From an uncultured Lachnospiraceae bacterium (GTDB lineage Bacteria > Bacillota > Clostridia > Lachnospirales > Lachnospiraceae), in the NCBI GenBank assembly GCA_900554205.1, contig USGM01000005.1:2230-66229 (forward strand): a DNA stretch of 64,000 nt. The letters run 5' to 3'. Both the position numbers and the translations under genes were made by a program. Positions 10,501-18,162 of the stretch are shown piece after piece. Numbering within the stretch: the stretch's first letter is position 1; each line of letters starts with the position of its first letter. The notes under the pieces were generated by a model. The model saw only the letters and a program-made list of their open reading frames with translations, was not told the origin of the DNA and did no database searches.

Positions 10501-11600
10501 ATGACAGAGAGAGCCCGGCAGAGATTTGCCGGATTCTGGGACAGGAGGGTAAGGACTGGAAGAAGGAGGACATTATTCGCGACCTGAACCGGGTATACTT
10601 TGAAAACAGAGGCTTTTTGAACGATTATCAGTTGATGCAGAGCGAGTTATTTGAGGAATTGGAGGACGCGAAACGGCTGGATATTTCTGCAAGGTATCAG
10701 GGAGTGAAGATTCCGTTTAAAAAACTGCTCTCGCATCTTGAGGAGGACATTGCAGAGCTGCTCGACCTGATTAAGGATGGGGACAGAGAGCTGTTTGAGG
10801 ATATCCTCGCCAACACCGTCGGACGGAAAATCCGTGGAAAGATTAACGGCTCTAATGCATGGGTGGGCAAGATGAATGCCCTGATGGAGTCAATGAATAC
10901 TTCCAGCGGTCTTAAGCTTTCGCTGCGTTGGAGAAGCAGGACGGCGGAGACAGAGGATCAGCTTGACACAAAGGAACTGGTAGAGCTTCTGAGGAAGGAT
11001 TACCGACTGATGGGCGAGGAGGAAGCGGCAAAGCTGTCAAGACATTTCCGGTCGAAGGTTGAAGAGGCGAGAAGGCATGCGAAGGACAGCGGAGGAATGA
11101 TTTCCTTTTATCAGGTGATGAAGGACACACTTGACTACCGGAAGTGGTTTGAATTTCAGCTCTTTTCCCAGAAGAGCGGAGAGCGTATTAAGGAGCTGAC
11201 AAACAGTGTATTTGGAACCTTCAGCGGCGGTGAAAAAGCGATGTCCATGTATGTGCCGCTGTTTTCTGCGGTAGTGGCAAAGTATCAGGGCGGAAGGGAG
11301 GATGCGCCCCGCCTGATTTCTCTGGATGAGGCATTTGCCGGTGTGGATAACAAGAATATCCGTGATATGTTCCGTCTGATGACGGAGTTCGGCTTTGACT
11401 TTATTATGAATTCCCAGGTGCTGTGGGGAGACTGTGACACGCTGGATGCATTGGCGATTTACCAGCTGCTGCGTCCGCAAAATGCAAAATTTGTCACGGT
11501 GATGCCCTACCTCTGGAATGGTCATGCAAAGGAGCTGTTGGAGAGTGAGCAGGCAGTGGAATTGCGAGGGGCGGAAATTGGGCAGACAGGAAGAAATTGA
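7515..11600 (+). CDS. jetC: Wadjet type II JetC, SMC-like ATPase (TIGR02680 family)
   Basis: N-terminal Walker A GSNGSGKS, long coiled coils, QLRTPKLS, C-terminal signature FSGGEKA and Walker B LDEAFAGVD. Confidence 0.92.
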   Translation: MNSRWHANKIGLINFWYYDEQEFPFVRGRMLLRGSNGSGKSVTMQSVVPLLLDGNMSPERLDPFGSKDRKMSSYLLEEDDNREERTAYLYLEFRREESEVYLTVGMGMRARKGKPLDKWYFGLTDGRRVGHDFLLYKETDEKVTLSRRELENRIGSGGQVFDRQADYMEYVNRQIFGFDTVDEYKEMIDLLIQLRTPKLSKDFKPSVINDILSDSLQPLSDDDLRPMSEAIENMDTMNMNLRSRQEAKQAAEKIDRVYDRYNRLVLLEKASKLERENEHLRQLKTAAENRKAELQGCREKIGQLEQERNELDAKKDSMEKEKDSLNRSDAVHLKMRETELRDEIAVTGRNLQDKEGFLQTKQEQYQDVRNRQKEEEDRQYHRKKEISEILEEMQSEADDMAFEEHSFFKEELLENLEAEFSFETHREQFEGCSQAIGQGRDILRETTTLEQQADELLKEREEKQRELDSQQRKVSGLENDMFRAQGEWKEALYSWNGRNRQLKLTQELLRELAEFVGHYSETSDFATVRQKVADVWLAGETELETAIAENRKTLSVKTGEIEETRAELAEWENSREPQPPRTEAVLKNRERLDALNIPYQEFYKVLEFGEKLTDAECSRLEEALMQMGILDALVVDEQYREQVLRLAEGCEDRYLFVQKTRADKSLLDVLELNDNVNDIFSNGRITAILQNIAYDGEGAVSVSKDGTYRMGVLAGTVTGQHNAGFLGTRARERNRLDKIRECREKLELLERECQTLQGEIERLSQRKELLQKEYHELPDDHALRGVFLELKAAEREAERIQSEGLRLEEKLKVLTAQIREKKKEALSIAERLYLNCSYEVFQRAAEAADCYNRHFIELQSKHQIYLVGVCRVGELAGNMDNLDADMEQIRYDIRALQKDLEKKKAEYESVTEQLKLTDYEEIKGRLDACIQWLKDYPERLQRCVTQKTQNTERIKVLEQQEETGTVELLESEQKRLQLEKSYEAERALRYVELSEDDRESPAEICRILGQEGKDWKKEDIIRDLNRVYFENRGFLNDYQLMQSELFEELEDAKRLDISARYQGVKIPFKKLLSHLEEDIAELLDLIKDGDRELFEDILANTVGRKIRGKINGSNAWVGKMNALMESMNTSSGLKLSLRWRSRTAETEDQLDTKELVELLRKDYRLMGEEEAAKLSRHFRSKVEEARRHAKDSGGMISFYQVMKDTLDYRKWFEFQLFSQKSGERIKELTNSVFGTFSGGEKAMSMYVPLFSAVVAKYQGGREDAPRLISLDEAFAGVDNKNIRDMFRLMTEFGFDFIMNSQVLWGDCDTLDALAIYQLLRPQNAKFVTVMPYLWNGHAKELLESEQAVELRGAEIGQTGRN

Positions 11601-12852
11601 GTGTATCCGGTATTTCAGGCAGAGCCCGGTCTGGGACAGGGTGTTTGGCGGGTTTCGGGAAAAATATGTTTCTTATGGGAAGTTTACCGGAAATGTTGTG
11701 CTGCGCAGCGTGTCACAGGAAGAGCTTGAGACACTGGAGGGTTTTTTCGGAAAGAGTTTTCATGGTCAGAAGAGTATTACAATCTCCGCAGAGAAATTTG
11801 GGAAGGCATTGGGAGACAGCCGATTCGGGGCGGTGGAACCGGTGCAGCTGTTAGAACTGTTTTTTGGCGAAAGGATGGTCGGCAGGAGAGAAGAAATAGA
11901 GGCAGAGGAAAGGCGACGCCGGGAGATTCTGGAGCAGGCGGCTGTGCGTTACGCGGCAACTGCTGCCGCAGACTGGCTGCCGCTCCTTTCAGAGATGTTA
12001 TGGGGCGGCAGGACAAGAAATATTACAGAATGGGCAAGACAGCTTTTCCTTTCAGCTGACATTATGAATGCATTACCCTATCGGCAGGACAGACTGCTGT
12101 ATCTGGCTGTGTTTGCGACGGAAGTCACAGGAAATCCACATGCGTTTGACAGGGGCAGTGAGGATGGCGAATTGCTGTTCAGGCTGATTCAGATGGATTG
12201 CAGGGCGCGCAACATTGTGATTCCTGAGCAGAAGATTTTTCCGACATTTACAAGACAGCGCTATTTCCTGAAAACCGGGATTCTTCTGGATGACCTTTCA
12301 AATTATGCCCTGCTCTTTGGGATGCATGCGGTGAAAGCGGACGGGAGCATACATCCGGGAATGGAGGGCTTCGCGGAGGAAGGAGATATGCTGCAGGTTC
12401 CGATGGCAGTAATTGCCCGCTGGAAGGAAGTGAGCTGTCCGGACAGAACAGCCTATATTGTGGAAAATCCGTCTGTGTTTGCGGTATTGTGTGGAAAAAT
12501 GCAGGGAAAGGCGGCCTGTATGTGCATGAACGGACAACCGAAGATGGCGGCACTACTGGTGCTTGATCTGCTGGCAGCGGCGGGGGTAAAAATATTTTAT
12601 GCAGGAGATTTTGACCCGGAGGGGCTGCTTATTGCCCAGAAAATTTCGGAATATTATCAGGGAGAATTTGAATTCTGGCACATGGGGGCTGAGGATTATG
12701 AAAGCTGCCGGTCAAATGAGGGAATTTCGGACAGGAGATTAAAAAGCCTACAGAACATCAGGGATGAAAGACTTCTTCCTGTGGTGCGTCTGCTGCAGGA
12801 GTGTAGGGTCGCGGGCTATCAGGAAAAGCTTTTGGGGGTCTACCAATTATAA
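11578..12852 (+). CDS. jetD: Wadjet type II JetD, Toprim nuclease (TIGR02679/DUF2399 family)
   Basis: GNPHAFD, Toprim VENPSVF and YAGDFDPEG motifs, terminal GYQE; TTG start at 11578 inferred from the RBS. Confidence 0.88.
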   Translation: MGRQEEIECIRYFRQSPVWDRVFGGFREKYVSYGKFTGNVVLRSVSQEELETLEGFFGKSFHGQKSITISAEKFGKALGDSRFGAVEPVQLLELFFGERMVGRREEIEAEERRRREILEQAAVRYAATAAADWLPLLSEMLWGGRTRNITEWARQLFLSADIMNALPYRQDRLLYLAVFATEVTGNPHAFDRGSEDGELLFRLIQMDCRARNIVIPEQKIFPTFTRQRYFLKTGILLDDLSNYALLFGMHAVKADGSIHPGMEGFAEEGDMLQVPMAVIARWKEVSCPDRTAYIVENPSVFAVLCGKMQGKAACMCMNGQPKMAALLVLDLLAAAGVKIFYAGDFDPEGLLIAQKISEYYQGEFEFWHMGAEDYESCRSNEGISDRRLKSLQNIRDERLLPVVRLLQECRVAGYQEKLLGVYQL

Positions 12853-12867
12853 AGAGGACAATAAACT

Positions 12868-12900
12868 ACGGGTTGCTTTTCAGCGGCCCGTTTTTCTTTT
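12868..12900 (+). terminator. intrinsic terminator after jetD
   Basis: ACGGGTTGCT-tttc-AGCGGCCCGT stem with G-U pairs, then a T-rich tract. Confidence 0.7.
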
Positions 12901-12936
12901 ATGCTTAAGCAAGAAAAGCAAAAGGAGGGCAGGGGC

Positions 12937-13530
12937 ATGAGTCAGAGCTGGGTTCCATCTTTTTTGAAAGAGTCCTACAAGGGCGGCGGGGAGATCGCGA
13001 TACGGTCGCAGCTGCTTACCGACAGAACGATCTTTTTACAGGGAGAGATCACGGAGGAGACAGCGAACGAATTTCTCCTTCAGATGCTATACCTGAAGAG
13101 GCAGGGGAGCGAGCCGGTCAATCTCTACATCAACAGCGGAGGCGGTTCGGTGAATGCGGGCATGGCAATCTACGACATGCTCCAGAGCATGGACATGGAG
13201 GTGAACATTTACTGCGTCGGCATCGCGGCGAGCATGGCGGCAATCATCCTCGCGGGAGGGCAGCAGGGACACAGGTTCATCCTGCCGCATTCCCGGACGA
13301 TGATACACGAACCGATGATTTCACAGGGAGTCGGCGGTTCGGCAAGCTCCATCAAGAATATTTCCGATTCCATCCTTCAGACGCGGGAGCTTTTAAACGG
13401 GGTGCTCTGCAAGCATACGCACCACACGCCGGAAGAGATGGCGGAAGAGATCTCGTATGACCATTACATGAACGCCGAGGAAACAGTGGCATTCGGAATC
13501 TGCGACCGGATTGTCACGACACCGTTTTGA
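12937..13530 (+). CDS. clpP: ClpP family serine protease (accessory paralogue)
   Basis: YINSGGGSV, catalytic Ser in GIAASMAA, His in MIHEP, Asp in YDHYM; RBS AAGGAGG before ATG 12937. Confidence 0.9.
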   Translation: MSQSWVPSFLKESYKGGGEIAIRSQLLTDRTIFLQGEITEETANEFLLQMLYLKRQGSEPVNLYINSGGGSVNAGMAIYDMLQSMDMEVNIYCVGIAASMAAIILAGGQQGHRFILPHSRTMIHEPMISQGVGGSASSIKNISDSILQTRELLNGVLCKHTHHTPEEMAEEISYDHYMNAEETVAFGICDRIVTTPF

Positions 13531-13554
13531 CAAATTCATAAGGAGGGCAACGCG

Positions 13555-14820
13555 ATGGAAACGATACATCAGAACGACCTGATTCTTGCAGCTGACAGAT
13601 ATTACAGCATGGATTGTTACCAGACCAGGCGCAACAACAATGTTCTTGTGGTTGGGGCGGCAGGAACCGGAAAAACCCGAAGCATTGTGATCCCGAATCT
13701 GCTTCAGGCATATGGCAGCTACATCATCTCGGATCCCAAAGGCGACCTGTACCCGGAATACGGGAGGTATCTCCGGGAGAAGGGTTACATTGTGAAGCGG
13801 CTGAATCTGGATAATCCTGCAAAGTCCGTCCATTACAACTTCTTCCGCTACATCCGCAGCGAGAAGGACATCATCAAGCTTGCGCACATGCTCGCTTATG
13901 TGGACGAGGGTTACACCGGACAGGATCCCTTCTGGGACAGGGCGGCAGAGGTGCTTCTCACCTGTATCATCAGCTTCCTCTGGAAGTACCGTCCAAAGGA
14001 GGAGCAGACGCTGGAATCAATCTACAAGCTGATCGGCTGCTGCAGGCTGGATGAGGGGAATGACCAGGAAAAGACGCCGTTTGACCGCATCATGGAATCG
14101 GTCGGGGCGAAGGAACCACAGTCCTTCACCTATAAACAGTACTTAAAGTTCCGGGTCGGCGCGGTGAGGACGATGAAGTCGATCCTTATCACACTGACGA
14201 CAAAGCTGGGCAAGTATGACTGCCGGGAAATCAGCCAGATGCTTGCCTATGATGAGCTTGACATTGCCTCCATAGGGCATAAAAGGACGGCAATCTTTGT
14301 CACGGTGAGTGATACCGACCGGTCCATGGATGACCTTGCCAACATCTTTTTCACGCAAGCGATGAACGAACTGTGCTACGAGGCGGATCACCACTGCCGC
14401 GGACACCGGCTTCCGCTGGATGTGAGGTTCATCATGGACGACTTTGCCACAAACTGCAGGATCAACGAATTTCCGAGGATGATTTCGGGTGTCAGGTCGA
14501 GGGGAATATCGACCATGCTGATGATTCAGGCGGAGTCCCAGCTGGAGGAGGGATATGGAAGGGACAGCTCGACCATAATCGGAAACTGCGACACCTATGT
14601 CTATCTGGGTGGCAACGACATCAACACTGCGGAGAGCGTTGCGAGGCGGTGCGACATGCCGCTGTCGGAGATCCTGTACATGCCGGTTGAAACCAACTGG
14701 ATCTTCCGAAGAGGAGAGCAGCCGGTCAACGGCAGGAATTTCGACATGGAAAGCTTCCGCCGGGAGAAGCAGCTACAGAGCTTGAAAAAAGCAGAGGAAA
14801 GAGGGCGTGCTGTAAGTTGA
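13555..14820 (+). CDS. VirD4/TraG-like type IV coupling-protein ATPase without transmembrane anchor
   Basis: NNNVLVVGAAGTGKTR (Walker A), SDPKGDL, YNFF, DPFWD, FIMDDF (Walker B), RSRGIS and IIGNCDT motifs; no hydrophobic N-terminus. Confidence 0.88.
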   Translation: METIHQNDLILAADRYYSMDCYQTRRNNNVLVVGAAGTGKTRSIVIPNLLQAYGSYIISDPKGDLYPEYGRYLREKGYIVKRLNLDNPAKSVHYNFFRYIRSEKDIIKLAHMLAYVDEGYTGQDPFWDRAAEVLLTCIISFLWKYRPKEEQTLESIYKLIGCCRLDEGNDQEKTPFDRIMESVGAKEPQSFTYKQYLKFRVGAVRTMKSILITLTTKLGKYDCREISQMLAYDELDIASIGHKRTAIFVTVSDTDRSMDDLANIFFTQAMNELCYEADHHCRGHRLPLDVRFIMDDFATNCRINEFPRMISGVRSRGISTMLMIQAESQLEEGYGRDSSTIIGNCDTYVYLGGNDINTAESVARRCDMPLSEILYMPVETNWIFRRGEQPVNGRNFDMESFRREKQLQSLKKAEERGRAVS

Positions 14821-14836
14821 CAGCACGTTTTCTTTT
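14806..14836 (+). terminator. intrinsic terminator overlapping the VirD4-like stop codon
   Basis: CGTGCTGT-aagttg-ACAGCACG then TTTTCTTTT. Confidence 0.7.
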
Positions 14837-14845
14837 ACCTATACT
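14817..14845 (+). promoter_or_regulatory. near-consensus sigmaA promoter overlapping the terminator
   Basis: TTGACA (14817-22)-17 nt-TATACT (14840-45). Confidence 0.7.
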
Positions 14846-14935
14846 GTAATTGGTATATGAGGATGCCGCCGGCTCTTATGGCCTGCTATCAATATCGACG
14901 TTCTTGAAATGATATTAGGAATAGGAGGTATGCTT

Positions 14936-15268
14936 ATGAGAGAGTTTGAGTATCCGGTCTTGGACTGTGAGGCGATTGGCGGCAGAATCCGGGAGGAACG
15001 GGTAAGGCGCAGCTTTACCATACAGGAGGTGTGTGACGCACTTTCGGTTTCTCCCCAGGCAGTGGGAAAGTGGCAGCGTGGAGAGTCCTTGCCGAGCATT
15101 GACAATCTGGTTGCCCTGTGTACCCTGTTTGATGTATCGTTGGAAGGCATCCTGTTCGGAGAGGACAGGATGTCTTTTCGATGGGCTATGTCGGCTCTCC
15201 GGCAGCGTATCGGCAGATTCACAGCACGACCGAAAAGTATTGCCGGGAAATGGCAGGAGAGATTATGA
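14936..15268 (+). CDS. XRE family helix-turn-helix regulator
   Basis: IQEVCDALSVSPQAVGKWQRGESLPSIDNL HTH; RBS AGGAGG. Confidence 0.8.
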   Translation: MREFEYPVLDCEAIGGRIREERVRRSFTIQEVCDALSVSPQAVGKWQRGESLPSIDNLVALCTLFDVSLEGILFGEDRMSFRWAMSALRQRIGRFTARPKSIAGKWQERL

Positions 15269-15428
15269 AATATTACCGATAAATTCCACTAATTCAACTC
15301 TGAGTAGAAAAATTTGGTATTTTCTCTTTAAAAAACAACCACACATGAAATCAACGCTTCTTCTCAACTATGCTTGATGCTATAATGGGTACAAATCAAC
15401 CGACAGGTGAAAACAGGAGGAGCGGGAC

Positions 15429-16319
15429 ATGACATTTGCAAGTACCTTACAGCAGCTACGAAAGGAAAAGAAGATTACGCAGGAGCAGCTGGCTTCACAT
15501 CTTGGAGTCAGCGGGCAGGCGGTCTCTAAATGGGAGAACGGGAGCTATCCGGAGGGTGATCTGATTCCGAAAATAGCAGATTTCTTTGAAGTTTCTACGG
15601 ATTACCTCTATGGCAGGGAGCATAGGAATGTCACAATTGAACAGCAGGTGCTGGATGCACTGCAAGGGACAGAATGTGATGATTACTTTGCACTGATAGA
15701 CAGACTGAACTGGGCATTCCAGATCGGGGCATGGGCAAACAATAAGACATATTATAACCGGCCTTATTTAGAGGAAGGCGCCCCAAAAACAGCGGCGGTT
15801 CTGACTAATGACAAGGGTTTTTCCTATCAGAATCTGAGCAAAAATAATAACTTTCATCTCTTTTTTACGGAACCGGAGAAGGATGCCGGATTACTGGCAT
15901 GGGTAGAGAACAAACCGAAGGTGAGAAAATTGTTCGGCTTTCTTGCGGAAGAAGAAAATGTCAAAATCCTGACCTATCTTTATTCCCTTGGCTATGGGGA
16001 ATATGCAAGCAGGGAAACAATCTCAAAAGCGCTTGGAATCCGTTTGGAGAAAGTAGAGAAAGCCTTGGATTTTTTGCAGACAGAGCTGGCGGCACCGGGC
16101 AGTGGAAATGGACCTTGCGTCCAGATACGCCTTGTTGACAAGGATGGAAAGATGGAAACGGCATACGGAGTGGATATGACAATCGGTGGATTGCTGTTCG
16201 GATTGTTCGCAGTGGCAGATTCTTATGTAGACACGCCCTGTGGCTATTATATGCAGATTAGCAACAGATCGAAAAGCTGGATCAAGAGGAAGGTGACGGA
16301 AGAAAATGGCGGAGTTTAA
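15429..16319 (+). CDS. XRE family transcriptional regulator with C-terminal extension
   Basis: TQEQLASHLGVSGQAVSKWENG HTH; RBS AGGAGG; overlaps the downstream ABC gene. Confidence 0.85.
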   Translation: MTFASTLQQLRKEKKITQEQLASHLGVSGQAVSKWENGSYPEGDLIPKIADFFEVSTDYLYGREHRNVTIEQQVLDALQGTECDDYFALIDRLNWAFQIGAWANNKTYYNRPYLEEGAPKTAAVLTNDKGFSYQNLSKNNNFHLFFTEPEKDAGLLAWVENKPKVRKLFGFLAEEENVKILTYLYSLGYGEYASRETISKALGIRLEKVEKALDFLQTELAAPGSGNGPCVQIRLVDKDGKMETAYGVDMTIGGLLFGLFAVADSYVDTPCGYYMQISNRSKSWIKRKVTEENGGV

Positions 16320-18162
16320 GGAGAGAACGGATAATCCGTTACACCGGAAGTTTGGCATATGGAGCAATACGCGCTATGTTCTGGCAAAGTGTAGGCAATA
16401 CTGTCCGTCAGTTATCCCGATCGCAATCTTAGGAGTGGTCTGCGGGTCGGTGCTGGGGTATTTCTGGGGGATTTTCGGAAAATACGTGATTGATCTGATA
16501 CAGTCAGGCGTATCGGAAGAGGAGAGTGTCAGGGCGCTGCTGCGTATTCTCGCCGTGGGAGGTGCTGTGGCAGCAGCTCTGTTGTTCGGCAATACCTATT
16601 CCGGCTGTAAGACATGGTATCGTTATATCTTCGTCCGTATGCGGATGATAACAGAGCGGGTGGATAAGGCGCTGCGGCTGGATTATGAGATGCTGGAAAA
16701 GCCGGAGATTCTCGACGTCCAACAGAGGGCGGAGCAGGCGACCGGAGGAAACAACAACGGTGTCGAGGGAATGATGCATCTGATGGCGGGTATGGCGACG
16801 AGTCTGTTCACGGTGCTCGTCACGTTCGGCGCGGTCTGCGTTCTTGACTTCCGGCTGATCCTTGTCCTGATTGTACTGGGAATTTTACAGGGACTTCACT
16901 ACAATTACGTCGTCAAGCTCTGCAAACGGGAGGTGTGGGATAAGCTGGCTCCGGTCTGGCGACAGGAGTATTACATGAACCGTGTGACGCAGGATTTTGA
17001 CTATGCGAAGGACATCAGACTGTTCCGTCTGGCGGATTTCCTGCTCGGAAAACAGAGGAAGGTCTTTGAGAAAAAGGAAGAGCGCATGGATTATCACTAT
17101 AATCAGTGGTTCCGCCATGCACTGCTCGTGCGGGGCGTGTATCTGGTCGGCAGTGCATTGATCTATGGTGTACTCGTGTATTCTGTTCTGCGGAAGGGCA
17201 TGTCGATTGGTAATTTTACTCTGTATCTGACGCTTGCAATGTCCTTTTCCGGGAGCCTCAGCTCGTTTTTACAGTCTCTCGGCGAGTATGGAAAAGCATC
17301 GCTGGAGGTGGATGATTTCCGAACCTTTATGGAACTGGAGCTGGGAGATGGAAAGGATGCGCTGCCGCTGCCGGAGGCAGAGGATTATGTCATTGAGTTT
17401 CATGACGTGGGCTACCGTTATCTGAAGGCTGAGAAAAATGCGCTGGAGCATCTGAATCTAACCCTTCACGCGGGAGAGAAGCTGGCGGTTGTCGGCATCA
17501 ACGGCGCGGGAAAGAGCACCATGATAAAGCTGCTTCTGCGGCTGTATGACCCGACGGAGGGCTATATTACGTTAAATGGCGTGGACATCAGACGCTACCG
17601 GCGCGAGGATTACTACCGCCTATTCTCGCCGGTATTTCAGAATGTTGAGGTCATGGCGTTCCCCGTCGCGGAGAATGTGTCCATGAAAGCCAGGGAGGAG
17701 ACGGATTTTAGACAGGCAATGAACGCACTCCGGGAGGCGGGGCTTGGCGAGAAGCTCGAAGCATTGCCAAAGGGGATAGAGACGGAGCTGTTGAAGATTG
17801 TGGATGAGGAGGGCGTGGATCTGTCCGGCGGCGAGAAGCAGAAGCTGGCGCTGGCGAGGGCACTCTATAAGGCGGCGCCCATCGTTGTTCTGGACGAGCC
17901 GACTTCGGCGCTGGATGCGCTGGCGGAGCAGCAGCTTTATGAGCGGTTTGACCATATGATCGGGAAGAAATCCGCGGTTTACATATCCCATAGGCTCGCT
18001 TCCACCAGATTCTGTGACCGCATTGCCATGTTTCAGGACGGTCATATGATCGAGCTTGGCAGTCATGAGGAGCTGATGGCACAGGGCGGAGAGTATGCCC
18101 ATATGTTTGAGGTACAGGCACAATATTACCGGGAAGAACAGGAGGTGGGGGCTGATGCTTAA
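16306..18162 (+). CDS. ABC exporter, fused permease + ATPase (heterodimer subunit A)
   Basis: N-terminal TM helices; GINGAGKST, LSGGEKQK, LDEPT, ISHR. Confidence 0.9.
   Translation: MAEFKERTDNPLHRKFGIWSNTRYVLAKCRQYCPSVIPIAILGVVCGSVLGYFWGIFGKYVIDLIQSGVSEEESVRALLRILAVGGAVAAALLFGNTYSGCKTWYRYIFVRMRMITERVDKALRLDYEMLEKPEILDVQQRAEQATGGNNNGVEGMMHLMAGMATSLFTVLVTFGAVCVLDFRLILVLIVLGILQGLHYNYVVKLCKREVWDKLAPVWRQEYYMNRVTQDFDYAKDIRLFRLADFLLGKQRKVFEKKEERMDYHYNQWFRHALLVRGVYLVGSALIYGVLVYSVLRKGMSIGNFTLYLTLAMSFSGSLSSFLQSLGEYGKASLEVDDFRTFMELELGDGKDALPLPEAEDYVIEFHDVGYRYLKAEKNALEHLNLTLHAGEKLAVVGINGAGKSTMIKLLLRLYDPTEGYITLNGVDIRRYRREDYYRLFSPVFQNVEVMAFPVAENVSMKAREETDFRQAMNALREAGLGEKLEALPKGIETELLKIVDEEGVDLSGGEKQKLALARALYKAAPIVVLDEPTSALDALAEQQLYERFDHMIGKKSAVYISHRLASTRFCDRIAMFQDGHMIELGSHEELMAQGGEYAHMFEVQAQYYREEQEVGADA

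Noticed and set aside
12937..15268. Conjugative element or prophage (VirD4, ClpP as head protease)
   Set aside because: No relaxase, VirB4, integrase, portal, terminase or capsid genes; the ClpP looks like the cellular type
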